Under the pieces are notes generated by a model that had not been told where the DNA came from, did no database searches, and worked only from the letters and a program-made list of their open reading frames with translations. This document shows positions 40,340 to 48,998 of a stretch of 64,000 nt of DNA, piece after piece (the stretch's first letter is position 1; each line of letters opens with the position of its first letter). Made by a program: the position numbers and the translations under genes. Origin of the DNA: a virus; the IMG/VR virus record IMGVR_UViG_3300003690_000003, positions 106,862 through 170,861 of that record; one strand, 5' to 3'.

Positions 40340-40995
40340 TTATTAAAATCTCTTATAAACCCATCTACAGATTCATCAGTTTTTAAATGTTTAGTCGCCT
40401 TTTTAATTACTGAAGCAGAGGCCGTCACAATATGACAGCCGGCATCCCAACAGTCTTCTAAATCATATGCATTACGAATACTTCCAGCTATTATCTCACA
40501 CTGCAGGTTGTTGATATCAATAAATTTTCTCGTTCTTTGCAACGCTTGAATCGCGTTTCCTTGGTTGTCCAAAACCCTATTATAAAATAGAGAAACATAT
40601 CTGGCGCCGGCGGAGGCGGCTAGTTGCAACTGCGTGGCAGTAAAACAGCATGTACAGTTCACTCTAACTCCAAGCTGGAAAAGTTGATTTACCGCTCTCA
40701 TTTCCTCAAACCCGACCGGTACCTTTATATTCACATTATCATAATCAATTCTTTCAATAATCTTTAGCCCCTGCTTAATCATCTCATCAGGTTCTGTTGC
40801 GAAAACCTCAACAGAAACTGGTATTTTCTGTTGGTACTTTTTACAAAGCTCGCAAATCTGTTGGATGTGCGAATAGAAATCTGCCTTTGGTTCTTTTGAA
40901 AGTAAAGACGGATTGGTTGTTATGCCTTGCACTAACCCTTTTGACAATACTTCTTCTATCTCTTGTAGGTTCGCTGTATCGACAAATAATTTCAT
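40327..40995 (-). CDS. tal: transaldolase (TalC/Fsa type)
   Basis: LFVDTAN, GITTNPSL, catalytic NIKVP, IIAGSIR. Confidence 0.9.
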   Translation of the reverse strand: MKLFVDTANLQEIEEVLSKGLVQGITTNPSLLSKEPKADFYSHIQQICELCKKYQQKIPVSVEVFATEPDEMIKQGLKIIERIDYDNVNIKVPVGFEEMRAVNQLFQLGVRVNCTCCFTATQLQLAASAGARYVSLFYNRVLDNQGNAIQALQRTRKFIDINNLQCEIIAGSIRNAYDLEDCWDAGCHIVTASASVIKKATKHLKTDESVDGFIRDFNKWIK

Positions 40996-41411
40996 TTTTT
41001 ATCTTCCTCTAAATGTTTATACGTTTTCCCATCTTCAACTATGTGGGAGTCCGCATTATCATCCAAAGTTGAAAACTCTATAATAACCGTATCCTCCAAA
41101 GCGATTCGCATATGCATAAAACCAGGCGGTATGTGAAATACATCTCCTTTATTTAAAATCAAAGAAGTATTTTTTGCTCTTCCGATTCGAGTCCCTACTT
41201 TGAGCTTTCCTGATTCAATATAATAAGATTCTTCCTTCTTTACATGATATTCCAGGCTACTTTGAGTATCCTTTCTCATAAAAATCCTTTTAACTGTATA
41301 TTTATCATTTTCGAAAAGAGTTTTTATACTACCCCAATATTTATCGATACTCTTTACTACACTATTAACCGGAGGCAGCGTGTGGCGACCATATTTAATT
41401 TCATTGCCCAT
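40992..41411 (-). CDS. cupin-domain protein (putative sugar isomerase)
   Basis: KYWG, SSLEYHVKKEESYYIESG, HIPPGFMH, EFST; start placed at the Met overlapping the araD stop region. Confidence 0.75.
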   Translation of the reverse strand: MGNEIKYGRHTLPPVNSVVKSIDKYWGSIKTLFENDKYTVKRIFMRKDTQSSLEYHVKKEESYYIESGKLKVGTRIGRAKNTSLILNKGDVFHIPPGFMHMRIALEDTVIIEFSTLDDNADSHIVEDGKTYKHLEEDKK

Positions 41412-42084
41412 AGTAACTCTTATCCCCATGCTTTCTCAAAAAGTGTTTATTGATGATAAATTTTTCTAGTGTTGACTGCGGATTGAACAACAAGGTTTTG
41501 TATGCCATTTCTGCGACCAACTCTAAAATAAATGAATGTTGCAATGCGTTCTCGATTGTATTTCCCCAAACGAAAGAGCCATGCCCGGATATCAGACATG
41601 CCGCAACATCATTATAACTCAAACCAGACATTTTATAAAATTTTGCAATAGTTTTGCCCGTATATTTCTCATAATTTTCTGTCACTTCATTTTCAGTGGG
41701 GTGACGGATACATGGTATTTCTCCAAAAAAATAGTCCGCATGAGTTGTACCCAAACAGGGTATTGATTTCTGGGCTTGCGCAAAAATCGTAGCATATTTC
41801 GAATGTGTATGCACTATGCTATTGATATCTGAAAAGTTTTTATAAATCTCTAAATGAGTTGGCAAATCAACGGACGGTTTTCTACCGCTTATTAAAGTTT
41901 CATCCATTCTTACACTAGAGATTTCATCAATACTCAATAAATTCAAATCAGCTCCAGAAGGCTTTATATAAACTACGCTAGTATCTCTATCATAATAACT
42001 AACATTTCCCCAAGTTAAACTAACAAGACCCTTGTCGATGATCCATTTGTTGGCCTTTAAAACCTCTTTCTTAATCGATCTCAT
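41401..42084 (-). CDS. araD: L-ribulose-5-phosphate 4-epimerase (class II aldolase family)
   Basis: TWGNVS, IKPSG, KPSVD, HTHSKYAT, GTTHADYF and C-terminal HFLRKHGxxxYYGQ. Confidence 0.9.
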   Translation of the reverse strand: MRSIKKEVLKANKWIIDKGLVSLTWGNVSYYDRDTSVVYIKPSGADLNLLSIDEISSVRMDETLISGRKPSVDLPTHLEIYKNFSDINSIVHTHSKYATIFAQAQKSIPCLGTTHADYFFGEIPCIRHPTENEVTENYEKYTGKTIAKFYKMSGLSYNDVAACLISGHGSFVWGNTIENALQHSFILELVAEMAYKTLLFNPQSTLEKFIINKHFLRKHGDKSYYGQ

Positions 42085-42982
42085 TCAAATCCTCATATAC
42101 TGGTGATACGGTACCTCTTTTTAAGGTGGACGCCGCGGCCCATTTATTACAAAAAGATAAATCTTTATCCTTGTAACTCATACTGAAAGCAGCCAAAAAA
42201 GAGTCGCCGGCGCCACATGTATCCACGGGCGCGACTCGATATCCATCATGACACAACAATACATTGTTATAATACAGAATCGAGCCGGCGGCTCCTAAAG
42301 TGACACATATATTACTATTCAGATTTTTAGATAGTTTCTGCATGTGTTTATATGTAGGTTTAAAAAAAGGGCAGTTTTGTATTGCCTCTTCATGGTTCAT
42401 ACAAATAAAATCTGAGTTAGCAAAGTGGGGGTATTGATTCTTCCCATCAGAAATCTGTGAGCTGGAGATTACTACTGCCTTGTTGGTTTTAAAATATTCT
42501 ATCAGGTCTTGAGTTGTCTTCTTATCATCAAAAAGGCCATTTCTATAATCCGCTAAAACGACGGTGTCAACTTTTTGTTGAGCTACATACTTCTTTATAA
42601 GCTCTAAATCTGCTATGACAAGATTTCTTTTGTCGCCACGATTTATTTGCAAATATTTATAGCTATGGAGTCCTTTTTTAATCCAAACTCTGCTTTTAAC
42701 AAGATTTTCTCCCCTGTGTGCCAGGGGTTTAAGTATGAAGTTATCACTCTTCCAACCATAAAATAAGCCACTGTATTGATCTTCCCCTACGTTTGTAAAA
42801 AATGTAACGCGTGCTCCAAGTGACAACAAATTGTTTACTACATTGGCAGCACCTCCAAAAGATACTTTTTCATCAACAAGCCTGGTTTTTAAAGTAGGAG
42901 TTTCTAAAGATAGACCTATACAATCACAAAAAAGATCATGATCAACGATTGAATCTCCTAAAACTAAAATATTTTTTTTCAA
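42071..42982 (-). CDS. PfkB-family sugar kinase (HldA / RfaE domain I-like)
   Basis: LVLGDSIVD, GGAANV, DYRNG, DTCGAGDSF anion hole. Confidence 0.85.
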   Translation of the reverse strand: MKKNILVLGDSIVDHDLFCDCIGLSLETPTLKTRLVDEKVSFGGAANVVNNLLSLGARVTFFTNVGEDQYSGLFYGWKSDNFILKPLAHRGENLVKSRVWIKKGLHSYKYLQINRGDKRNLVIADLELIKKYVAQQKVDTVVLADYRNGLFDDKKTTQDLIEYFKTNKAVVISSSQISDGKNQYPHFANSDFICMNHEEAIQNCPFFKPTYKHMQKLSKNLNSNICVTLGAAGSILYYNNVLLCHDGYRVAPVDTCGAGDSFLAAFSMSYKDKDLSFCNKWAAASTLKRGTVSPVYEDLNEID

Positions 42983-43848
42983 CTTTCACTCTTCTCCCAG
43001 CCTTTGTTTTGGTATATTTTCTTTATAACGTTGGTGGTAGAATAGTTTTCCAAGAGGGGATATATTTTTATATCAACTTTATCTGGTATCTTATCTCGGC
43101 GCCTTACCTCTTTAGCATTCCACTCCCCTCCCTTCACAATAATAGATGGCTGTAGCTCTTCTATAATGCTTGCGCTTTCCAGTTCATCGTAAACCACCAC
43201 TTCGTCTACTTCTTCAAGCGCCTCTAAAAGCTTTTTTCTATCTTCTTCGTTATTAATGGGTCTATTTTCGCCCTTTAGCTCACGAACACTCCTATCCGAG
43301 TTGATACCAACAACAAGCTTATCTCCGAGAGACTTAGCGAATCTTAACAATCCTAGATGCCCAGCATGCAAAATATCAAATACTCCATTCGTAAAAACAA
43401 TTTGTTTCTTTGTAGATGACAACTTCTCTACTCGTGCGATATGTCTGCCTTCTCCAAAGTTAGTTTGTAGCCAAATATCTGTAATTTCAAAATTTTGTTC
43501 TTCCGTGGTAGTCCAACTTCCCAAACATAGTACATTAGAATCGTTATGTTCACGACTCTTTGGCGCTGTCATAACATTGTGAACTAAGGCTGCCCTCACT
43601 TTATCAAATCTATTTGCGGCGATGCTCATACCAACACCAGTACCACAAATAAGAATACCCCTGTGAATATCATCATTGCTTAAAATCTGACACAATTGAT
43701 TAGCGTAGTCGACGTAGTCCACTTTTTTAGTTTTATCATAAGGTCCTATATCTATAACAATATACCCCTTCTCTTTAAGGTGGGTTCTAATTTTTTCTTT
43801 TAAAGTAATCCCGTTATGATCAGACGCCAAGCCTACAATATTCATCAA
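42979..43848 (-). CDS. RpiB-type sugar-phosphate isomerase fused to an HldC / RfaE domain II nucleotidyltransferase
   Basis: ASDHNG, CGTGVGMSIAANR, REHNDSNVL, GRH (RpiB); FTNGVFDILHAGH, GINSDRSVRELKGENRPIN, YSTT (RfaE II). Confidence 0.9.
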   Translation of the reverse strand: MMNIVGLASDHNGITLKEKIRTHLKEKGYIVIDIGPYDKTKKVDYVDYANQLCQILSNDDIHRGILICGTGVGMSIAANRFDKVRAALVHNVMTAPKSREHNDSNVLCLGSWTTTEEQNFEITDIWLQTNFGEGRHIARVEKLSSTKKQIVFTNGVFDILHAGHLGLLRFAKSLGDKLVVGINSDRSVRELKGENRPINNEEDRKKLLEALEEVDEVVVYDELESASIIEELQPSIIVKGGEWNAKEVRRRDKIPDKVDIKIYPLLENYSTTNVIKKIYQNKGWEKSES

Positions 43849-44714
43849 AGCTCCAATAAATCTGAAAAAGTTTTTAGCGCTGCATCTCTTTTTTGTCTTA
43901 TTTTAACGATCAGCTCTTTACCGGATAAATCAAACCAGTCTTCCGAGGTAGCGCCGATCATAGCCTTTCGAGTTACTACTTTACATTCGAGCATTTTTGC
44001 TTCTACCACAACTCGTGACAGTGTTTCCAATACCTGCGGCATAAAAATAAAATATTTGTATTGAGCCATAGCTTCTAATAACTCTTCCTCTGAAAGCGGA
44101 CCTATTAAATCGTACTCTATACTATTTGTTTCGCAATACTTAACGGCCTCCACTGTTCCTTTAATAGGATTAGGCGAGTTAATAATACAATACTTATTTT
44201 TCTTGGGAGATCCCACCAAGGATTCTATAAAATCTAGCTTCTCGTCTGACCACAAAGAACAGCCAATATTGCTTACGTTATTTATATCAAGAGTTTTTTC
44301 CATTATTTTTTTGCATATGCCGCTTAATACTACGACACTGTATGCTTTTTCATAAAAGCTTTTATTAATGATTTGCTCTCCTGGGATGATAAAATTAGGA
44401 AACACAGAAGGATCACGAGTTCTTATATATTTGTGATCATGTTCATAAATAATATATTTTTTGGGGCCACCATGGCCGGAAGATCCTTCTAAAAGTCGTT
44501 TGCTCTGTTCGGAAAGCTCAATAAAGTTGGATATAATATATGTTTCTTCCGCGGAAGAAGAAACAATCGTGTCGGGTGTAGTCTTCTTCGCATGAAGCAT
44601 TGTTACATCTACTTCGGTATTTCGTAGAAAGTTGATAAGTACAGCATCATTGTTTTCGGCGCCGCCATTGATTTGGTTATTAAAAAAGTCAGCCACAAAA
44701 GTTACCTTTTTCAT
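43845..44714 (-). CDS. putative glycosyltransferase (GT-B)
   Basis: GGAE, YEHD, KGT, ETLSRVVVEAKMLEC (Ex7E motif). Confidence 0.7.
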   Translation of the reverse strand: MKKVTFVADFFNNQINGGAENNDAVLINFLRNTEVDVTMLHAKKTTPDTIVSSSAEETYIISNFIELSEQSKRLLEGSSGHGGPKKYIIYEHDHKYIRTRDPSVFPNFIIPGEQIINKSFYEKAYSVVVLSGICKKIMEKTLDINNVSNIGCSLWSDEKLDFIESLVGSPKKNKYCIINSPNPIKGTVEAVKYCETNSIEYDLIGPLSEEELLEAMAQYKYFIFMPQVLETLSRVVVEAKMLECKVVTRKAMIGATSEDWFDLSGKELIVKIRQKRDAALKTFSDLLEL

Positions 44715-45958
44715 AACACTTCTATATTACTTAAGCTTTCAAGCCACTCCACTTCTTCTTTAGAATAGATTGTAGAAATAAAATCTTTATACAACTGTTC
44801 AGCTTGAAAATTCTTTATAATATGTTTTTTCAACTTATTTGCGGCGGCCTGAAATCTCGTATGGTTTTTGTAAACTTCGCGAAGTTGTTTCTTGTAATCG
44901 CCCTCAACGGGATATGCCCACATCGAATCTTTCTCTACGACGCCTTCCCAGTGAGCTTCAGGAGGCACAGTGCCAAGAGTATAAGCTACTTTTGCTACCA
45001 TAGGTCTCAATTTACCATTTTTATTTGGAGCATAAAGAAAATCTGTATGGCCACTCCAAAGTGAAGTTACAATGGGTAATCCATTATATGCTGCTTCGAA
45101 TAACGGTAACCCAAAGCCTTCTCCGTGACTTATAGAAACCAAAGCTTTTATCTTATCATGGGTATAAAGCCATGTCATTTCTTCTTCCGAGAGAGTTCCG
45201 TGTAGCAAATATATTTTACATTTTCGCTCGCCGTATGGTCTCATTAATGCTTTCAAACGCATCTCGGTTATCTGCCTATCGATTATACAATCTTTGGCTA
45301 TGTTAGTTTTTAAAACGAAACCAACTTCTTCATCTTTAAACTCGTCTACAAACCACTTAAGAGTGTTATCTATATTTTTTCGCGGGCCCCATTGTGCCAC
45401 TGTTAAAAAGTTAAAATCGTATTTCAAATCTATCCCCTCTAGAGAACTAGGTTCAAAATGTCGCACTGGATAGTTAATAACTTCAATCGGAGTCTCACAT
45501 CTATAGTTTTCTACTATTTCGCCAGTCTCTTTGTTTTTTGCGTTGGCTGTGGTGGTCTCATATACTTGTTTGGAATGATTCGAGACTACAATAATCTTAT
45601 CCATATCATTTCCTTTAGTGAGCCATATAGGTGCCACCTTGGTAGTTTCAATACCAGCAGTATACCCAATGTTTATGGGTGCTATTTTTTCCCATTCATT
45701 AGGAATTGTTACCTGAAGAGATATATCTAAAAGTCCCTTTGCTTGAACAAGTTTCATCGTTTTGAAAAGCAAGTGATCAAGCCACTGACGTTCTTCGCCT
45801 AGGCCCGTAATATACCCGGTGTGTCCCCATGGAATATTAATGAGATATATATCAAATACATCTTCGCGACTTTTTAGTGCTCGAAGAGCAAATCTGGTTT
45901 GTTCTCCATAACCCGAACGAGAGAATGCGGGCCCTTTAACTAATATTTTCTTTTTCAT
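44711..45958 (-). CDS. GT4-family glycosyltransferase
   Basis: SGYG, RKNID, GEGFGLPLFEA. Confidence 0.85.
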   Translation of the reverse strand: MKKKILVKGPAFSRSGYGEQTRFALRALKSREDVFDIYLINIPWGHTGYITGLGEERQWLDHLLFKTMKLVQAKGLLDISLQVTIPNEWEKIAPINIGYTAGIETTKVAPIWLTKGNDMDKIIVVSNHSKQVYETTTANAKNKETGEIVENYRCETPIEVINYPVRHFEPSSLEGIDLKYDFNFLTVAQWGPRKNIDNTLKWFVDEFKDEEVGFVLKTNIAKDCIIDRQITEMRLKALMRPYGERKCKIYLLHGTLSEEEMTWLYTHDKIKALVSISHGEGFGLPLFEAAYNGLPIVTSLWSGHTDFLYAPNKNGKLRPMVAKVAYTLGTVPPEAHWEGVVEKDSMWAYPVEGDYKKQLREVYKNHTRFQAAANKLKKHIIKNFQAEQLYKDFISTIYSKEEVEWLESLSNIEVL

Positions 45959-47214
45959 ACTATCTCCAAGAACTCATATGCTATATAACCTTTTCGTGTA
46001 TTCCACGAACCGTTGATCTCGTAAACTTCTTTTAAGGTCTCATCCCATTTTTCTATATAAGTTGCGAAATTATAGTTTTTCGTAACATGGGCTACTCCTA
46101 GGTGACCCATTTCTGCTCGCTGTTCGGCTGTCAAATTGTAAAAGTCTACTAAAGCCTTAACAAAATCATCTTTATTTAATCGGTCTTCAAAAATATATGG
46201 AACGTCTTGAGAGCCAATAACCGCTTTAGAAACAGACTCAAGTCCAATTCCAAACCAGTTCTCTCCGTCGGTTACTTGTTCTTGAAGTCCTCCTGTCATA
46301 TTAACAATAATAGGTGTTTCACATGCTAACGATTCTAATGTAGCCAGCCCAAATCCCTCTGCATCAGCAATATTAATCGTGCAATCTGCCATATTATACA
46401 TCAGGGCCATGCCTTCGGGAGGCAATTTGTCTCTAGAAAGCATTATTTCTCCATTTGTTAGCCCCAACTCATACATAATATGTTCTAAATCTTGCCCATG
46501 GACATCTTTTGGTTCGGTGTGCATAATCAAACACGCGTTATCGTGTCCTACCTTGTCCAAAAACTCCTTAAACCAGAAAATCAATGTTCCACTTTGCTTT
46601 CGGCGCGCATTTCGATTATTCCAAAAAAATACAAATTTCTTCGGATTATTTAAGTGTGTTTGTCGAAATGTTTCTACAACCTCCGCGTCTAGTTTTTTAA
46701 AATATGTCGGATCAACAGCATGAGGAAGATATAAAGATTTAACTGTCGGTGAAACCGTTTTAACTATATCATATGTCACTTTAGATATACAAGCGACACA
46801 ATCGTTTGAATCATAAAACTTTTTGTTAAAACGAGGATAAGGATAATTATCCCATACGTGATAATATACCATCGGAACAAGAGAACGAATCTCGTTTTCT
46901 ATCTCCCACAACCAACCGTAAAAACGAGGATCCGTCATAAACCATAAAATATCCGGTTTTTGCTGAATTAATATAGATCTAACCTGGTCCTGTGTACCAT
47001 ATCCATCAACAGGAAAAATAAGCCAATCATCACCCCACTGCTCGGTTTTTTGAGCATTATGATCATCATGCCGCATCGCTCCAGCAAAAGATATAAACTG
47101 ATAACGACCTGTCTTAAGCAGTCCTTCAATAATATACTTTGTTTGAGTTCCCACTCCGGAAGGAGAAAGAGGATGATCACTTATAGTGAAAATCTTGATT
47201 TTTTTATCTGTCAT
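45955..47214 (-). CDS. GT4-family glycosyltransferase
   Basis: PSGVG, NRNARRKQ, AEGFGLATLESLACETP. Confidence 0.85.
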   Translation of the reverse strand: MTDKKIKIFTISDHPLSPSGVGTQTKYIIEGLLKTGRYQFISFAGAMRHDDHNAQKTEQWGDDWLIFPVDGYGTQDQVRSILIQQKPDILWFMTDPRFYGWLWEIENEIRSLVPMVYYHVWDNYPYPRFNKKFYDSNDCVACISKVTYDIVKTVSPTVKSLYLPHAVDPTYFKKLDAEVVETFRQTHLNNPKKFVFFWNNRNARRKQSGTLIFWFKEFLDKVGHDNACLIMHTEPKDVHGQDLEHIMYELGLTNGEIMLSRDKLPPEGMALMYNMADCTINIADAEGFGLATLESLACETPIIVNMTGGLQEQVTDGENWFGIGLESVSKAVIGSQDVPYIFEDRLNKDDFVKALVDFYNLTAEQRAEMGHLGVAHVTKNYNFATYIEKWDETLKEVYEINGSWNTRKGYIAYEFLEIV

Positions 47215-47224
47215 GTTTTTTTCC

Positions 47225-47986
47225 TTAAGGACATTCTTTTGTCATATTAAAAGCGCACTTATAGCAGTTGCTTCGCTTTTTGAAATATCGTTGTTTTTCA
47301 ATATTATAAAGTGCCATATGCAATAGTTTAAGTGCGTTCTCGGTTTTTTTTGCTCCACTAGAAACTCGGAAGAACTCAACTTTATTTTTTTCAGCGGTTC
47401 TTTTAAGAAGCGCAAAATGAGTTTCAACATTTCTAAGATCGATATTGTGCTTCTGGCAAAAGAAATATTTATATAATGTTAGCTGATAGGTAACCATCGG
47501 GTTTGAACGTCTGCGAGAATCCCATCCCCATGTGGTAGTTTTCCAGTCTACAATATGATATTTACCATCATCAGTCTTAACCACCGCATCAATAAATCCT
47601 TTAAAATCTATTTTCTCATTAATCGGCACCCTTAATTGTTCTTCACTAGAAATAATCTCATAACTTTTAAAGTAGTCATCGAGGGCGGGCTCAATCTCTG
47701 GTAAGAGCGCTAACCCCTGTGGCACCATTTCCATGGCCCTCTCTAGGTTGAACTCTACCTTGTCGTCTTCAAGCCGTTTGAGTGCTTTCTGAAAGCTTTT
47801 CGTGAATGCCTCAGAAGCGTCGAAGTCCTCTTTAAGCAACTTTCTCTCACAAACGTCATGAACAGCATTTCCAAATGCTGTATACTCGTTTCCTTTAAAA
47901 GCCTTAAGGCCGTCGATATGTACAAGTTTATGATAAAACGGGCAGAACTCCCAGTTTTTTAGCTCTGAATAAGATATATGGGTCAA
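47225..47986 (-). CDS. PD-(D/E)XK nuclease, Cas4/RecB/AddB-like, with probable Fe-S cysteines
   Basis: ISYSEL...CP, GNAVH, KGFIDAV...IVDWKT, QLTLY, CYKCAFNMTKECP (1+3 Cys). Confidence 0.85.
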   Translation of the reverse strand: MTHISYSELKNWEFCPFYHKLVHIDGLKAFKGNEYTAFGNAVHDVCERKLLKEDFDASEAFTKSFQKALKRLEDDKVEFNLERAMEMVPQGLALLPEIEPALDDYFKSYEIISSEEQLRVPINEKIDFKGFIDAVVKTDDGKYHIVDWKTTTWGWDSRRRSNPMVTYQLTLYKYFFCQKHNIDLRNVETHFALLKRTAEKNKVEFFRVSSGAKKTENALKLLHMALYNIEKQRYFKKRSNCYKCAFNMTKECP

Positions 47987-48685
47987 CTAGTTGTCGCTTT
48001 CTCTGTGTAACGTACTTAAAATATTATACAATACTGGGCTCACTTCTTTAACCCGACGAGTATCTCCAAGATAATATTTTTCAAAACCATTGGCAAAATA
48101 TTCTCTCAATGAAGTGGCAGCGTAAGGTGAAGCAAAAAGCCCCATAGTTAAAGTTAGTAATATGGGATAGCCAACCGTATCCGATAGAAACTCGTCGAAG
48201 GCTTCTGAATATTCAAAGTTCAAATAATATTTCTCTGGAATCTGATATTCATGCGCATCCAATATGGCTTTTAACTTCGCTCTTTTCCCTATGAACTCAT
48301 CCCGAAGTTTCTGATCCCCATATATAAAACTTCCATACCTAGACTCTATAGAATGTGCGATTTCATGAATAACATCTTCTAACATGTCGTGAGTAGTGGG
48401 TTCTTTATTAGAAATATAAATAGCATCATCGGCGTATATTGCATTGCGTCCTTTAAGATTTGGGAACTCACCAATATAAACTATCTCTATATTACCAAGC
48501 AAATGTCGTGGGATTTTCTTTTCAATTTTTTCTACAAACTCAGCTATATTTACTTCATCTGAAAAAATCGGATCTTTAATCACTATGGGGATTTGACCAT
48601 GAATACGATATTCCTGAGTTTTTTTAATTCCTTCTGCAATATAGGAATGTAAACTATTTATCTCCGCTGGGCGCTTCTTCTTCAT
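47987..48685 (-). CDS. zincin-like metallopeptidase domain protein
   Basis: HEIAH plus downstream YAATSLREYFA third-ligand motif; start moved to 48685, which has an AGAGGA RBS. Confidence 0.6.
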   Translation of the reverse strand: MKKKRPAEINSLHSYIAEGIKKTQEYRIHGQIPIVIKDPIFSDEVNIAEFVEKIEKKIPRHLLGNIEIVYIGEFPNLKGRNAIYADDAIYISNKEPTTHDMLEDVIHEIAHSIESRYGSFIYGDQKLRDEFIGKRAKLKAILDAHEYQIPEKYYLNFEYSEAFDEFLSDTVGYPILLTLTMGLFASPYAATSLREYFANGFEKYYLGDTRRVKEVSPVLYNILSTLHRESDN

Positions 48686-48989
48686 TGCTATCCTCTGAGG
48701 TTCCTGAGTTTTTCTCAGCATTAAATAGTCGCTCGCCCGCTTCTACGTCTGATAATGCTTGATGATATCCTCGAATCCAGTTTTCTTCTGCGATAGGCAT
48801 TAAAAACTCCGGAAAGTCCTCTGCAAAAACCTCTACAACCATTTCGAGAGTTACATCATTATTTTCTGGTTGCTTCTTTTCTCCCACATATTGTACAATG
48901 TAATTCATCAAATCATTTTTACATTCTACACTCTCTTTAAGCTCAGGGTTGTCTGTTATTTCGGGGTTATCTTTAAACTCAATATCCAT
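48654..48989 (-). CDS. hypothetical acidic protein
   Basis: 111-aa ORF with AGGAG RBS. Confidence 0.65.
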   Translation of the reverse strand: MDIEFKDNPEITDNPELKESVECKNDLMNYIVQYVGEKKQPENNDVTLEMVVEVFAEDFPEFLMPIAEENWIRGYHQALSDVEAGERLFNAEKNSGTSEDSNEEEAPSGDK

Positions 48990-48998
48990 TTTTTTCTC

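Noticed and set aside
40327-40995. Transaldolase as a cyanophage-style pentose-phosphate auxiliary gene
   Set aside because: It is embedded among sugar-activation and GT genes with no zwf, gnd or cp12; a biosynthetic role is more likely.
47225-47986. CRISPR-Cas locus
   Set aside because: No repeat-spacer array or other cas genes are visible.
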